Below are positions 63,052 to 64,000 of a DNA stretch of 64,000 bases, piece by piece (the first letter of the stretch is position 1; each line of letters begins with the position of its first letter). A program made the translations under genes and the position numbers. The DNA is from Prorocentrum cordatum. Its lineage: Eukaryota. The DNA lies in contig CAUYUJ010000092.1 in the NCBI GenBank assembly GCA_963575745.1, positions 372,001 through 436,000 on the forward strand, given 5' to 3'. The notes beneath the pieces were generated by a model. That model was not told where the DNA came from. It made no database searches and saw only the letters and a list, made by a program, of their open reading frames with translations.

Positions 63052-64000
63052 AGAGTTGGGAAGCGGTGGCCGGACAACAAATGTCCACACCTATGGCGCG
63101 AAGACCACGTCACGTAATGTTTAATAACATCTAAGGAAACGCATGTCCCGCCCCTGTCCCCCCTAAACCCAAAGTTTAAGTGCTCACATTTTGTTTTTCG
63201 CGCGCTGCCTGGGGGGGGGGGCGTCGTTTTGTTGGATGCACTTCGTCGTAGTCTTGTCTTGGCGCGATGGGCGTGGACACTTTTTGCCCACCCACCGAAG
63301 CTGGTCTTAGCTGCACCTCGGCCAAGCGAAAGGCGCCGACGCCGCCACTGCCACCCTGCCCTCTGGGGCCTGTCACCGCTGGACCCAACTCCACGCATCG
63401 CGCATGGTGCAGCCTCGTCCTCCTCCTCCTCCTCCTCCACCTCCTCCTCTTCCTCCTCCTCTTCTTCTTCCTCCTCCTCCTCCTTCTCCTCCTCCCTTTA
63501 CTTTCCACATCCTCCCCCCCCCTCCCCATCCTCCTCCTCCCCCTCCTCCTCCTCCCCCTCCTCCTCCTCCTCCTCCTCCTCCTCCTCCTCCTCCTCATTT
63601 TCTCTTCCTCATCGTTTTTCTCCTTCTTTTTCCTCCTCTGCCCTCCTCCTGCGGCGTGGCCCGGTCAGAGCGTCTCCCGGAGGCTGGCGGCGCGGAGCAT
63701 GGTCGGCTGCTCTGCGACGGCGGCCGTCGTCTGGAGGAGGGGGAGGCAGACGGGTAGGCGGAGGATCGGAAGGGGGATCGGCAGTATATCGGAGGAGGAG
63801 GAGGAGGAGGAGGAGGAGGAGGAGGAGGGAGAGGCAGATGGGCAGATGGGCATATCGGCATGAAAAGTACGCAACCGTACTATACGGCTTGCTAGCTGCT
63901 GAACGCACACTCGCGCATGCACGTGCGTAGTCGTTGGGGGATAAGGGGGGGGGAGAATGACGAGGGGTGAGGAGGCAGAGGGAGGGGGAAGGGAGGCTGA

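Noticed and set aside
63161..63173. Telomeric repeat
   Set aside because: Only one perfect CCCTAAA unit; not an array.

Overview
Repeat-dominated, GC-rich eukaryotic DNA with no intact host gene, rRNA, tRNA or CRISPR array that I can support. A degenerate dinoflagellate spliced-leader (DinoSL) relic and a LINE carrying a cytosine-methyltransferase domain point to a dinoflagellate genome (inference). The window is a mosaic of non-LTR retrotransposons separated by (GGA/TCC)n, (CAT)n, (CTA)n and poly-T tracts. (1) At least five pieces of one CRE-clade-like RT+RLE family. One is an uninterrupted 1319-aa ORF (32270-36229, -) whose endonuclease lacks the usual CCHC knuckle and K..KY lysines and whose stop codon runs straight into (TCC)n. 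A convergent, slightly decayed copy (28442-31850, +) has a 2A-like GEAAHPGP motif. The pair is bracketed by mirror-image 22-bp arrays. (2) A decayed LINE with RT, zinc fingers and a C-terminal C5 DNA-methyltransferase domain (about 55400-59880). (3) Two 3' fragments and two ORF1-like fragments of other LINEs, one preceded by the SL relic. (4) Two MITEs, one Introner-like, a polarised 77-bp tandem array and several dispersed repeats. Most ORFs in the supplied track are artefacts of low-complexity DNA. Boundaries of decayed elements are approximate, family calls rest on motifs recognised by eye, and joins at microsatellites could be assembly artefacts.
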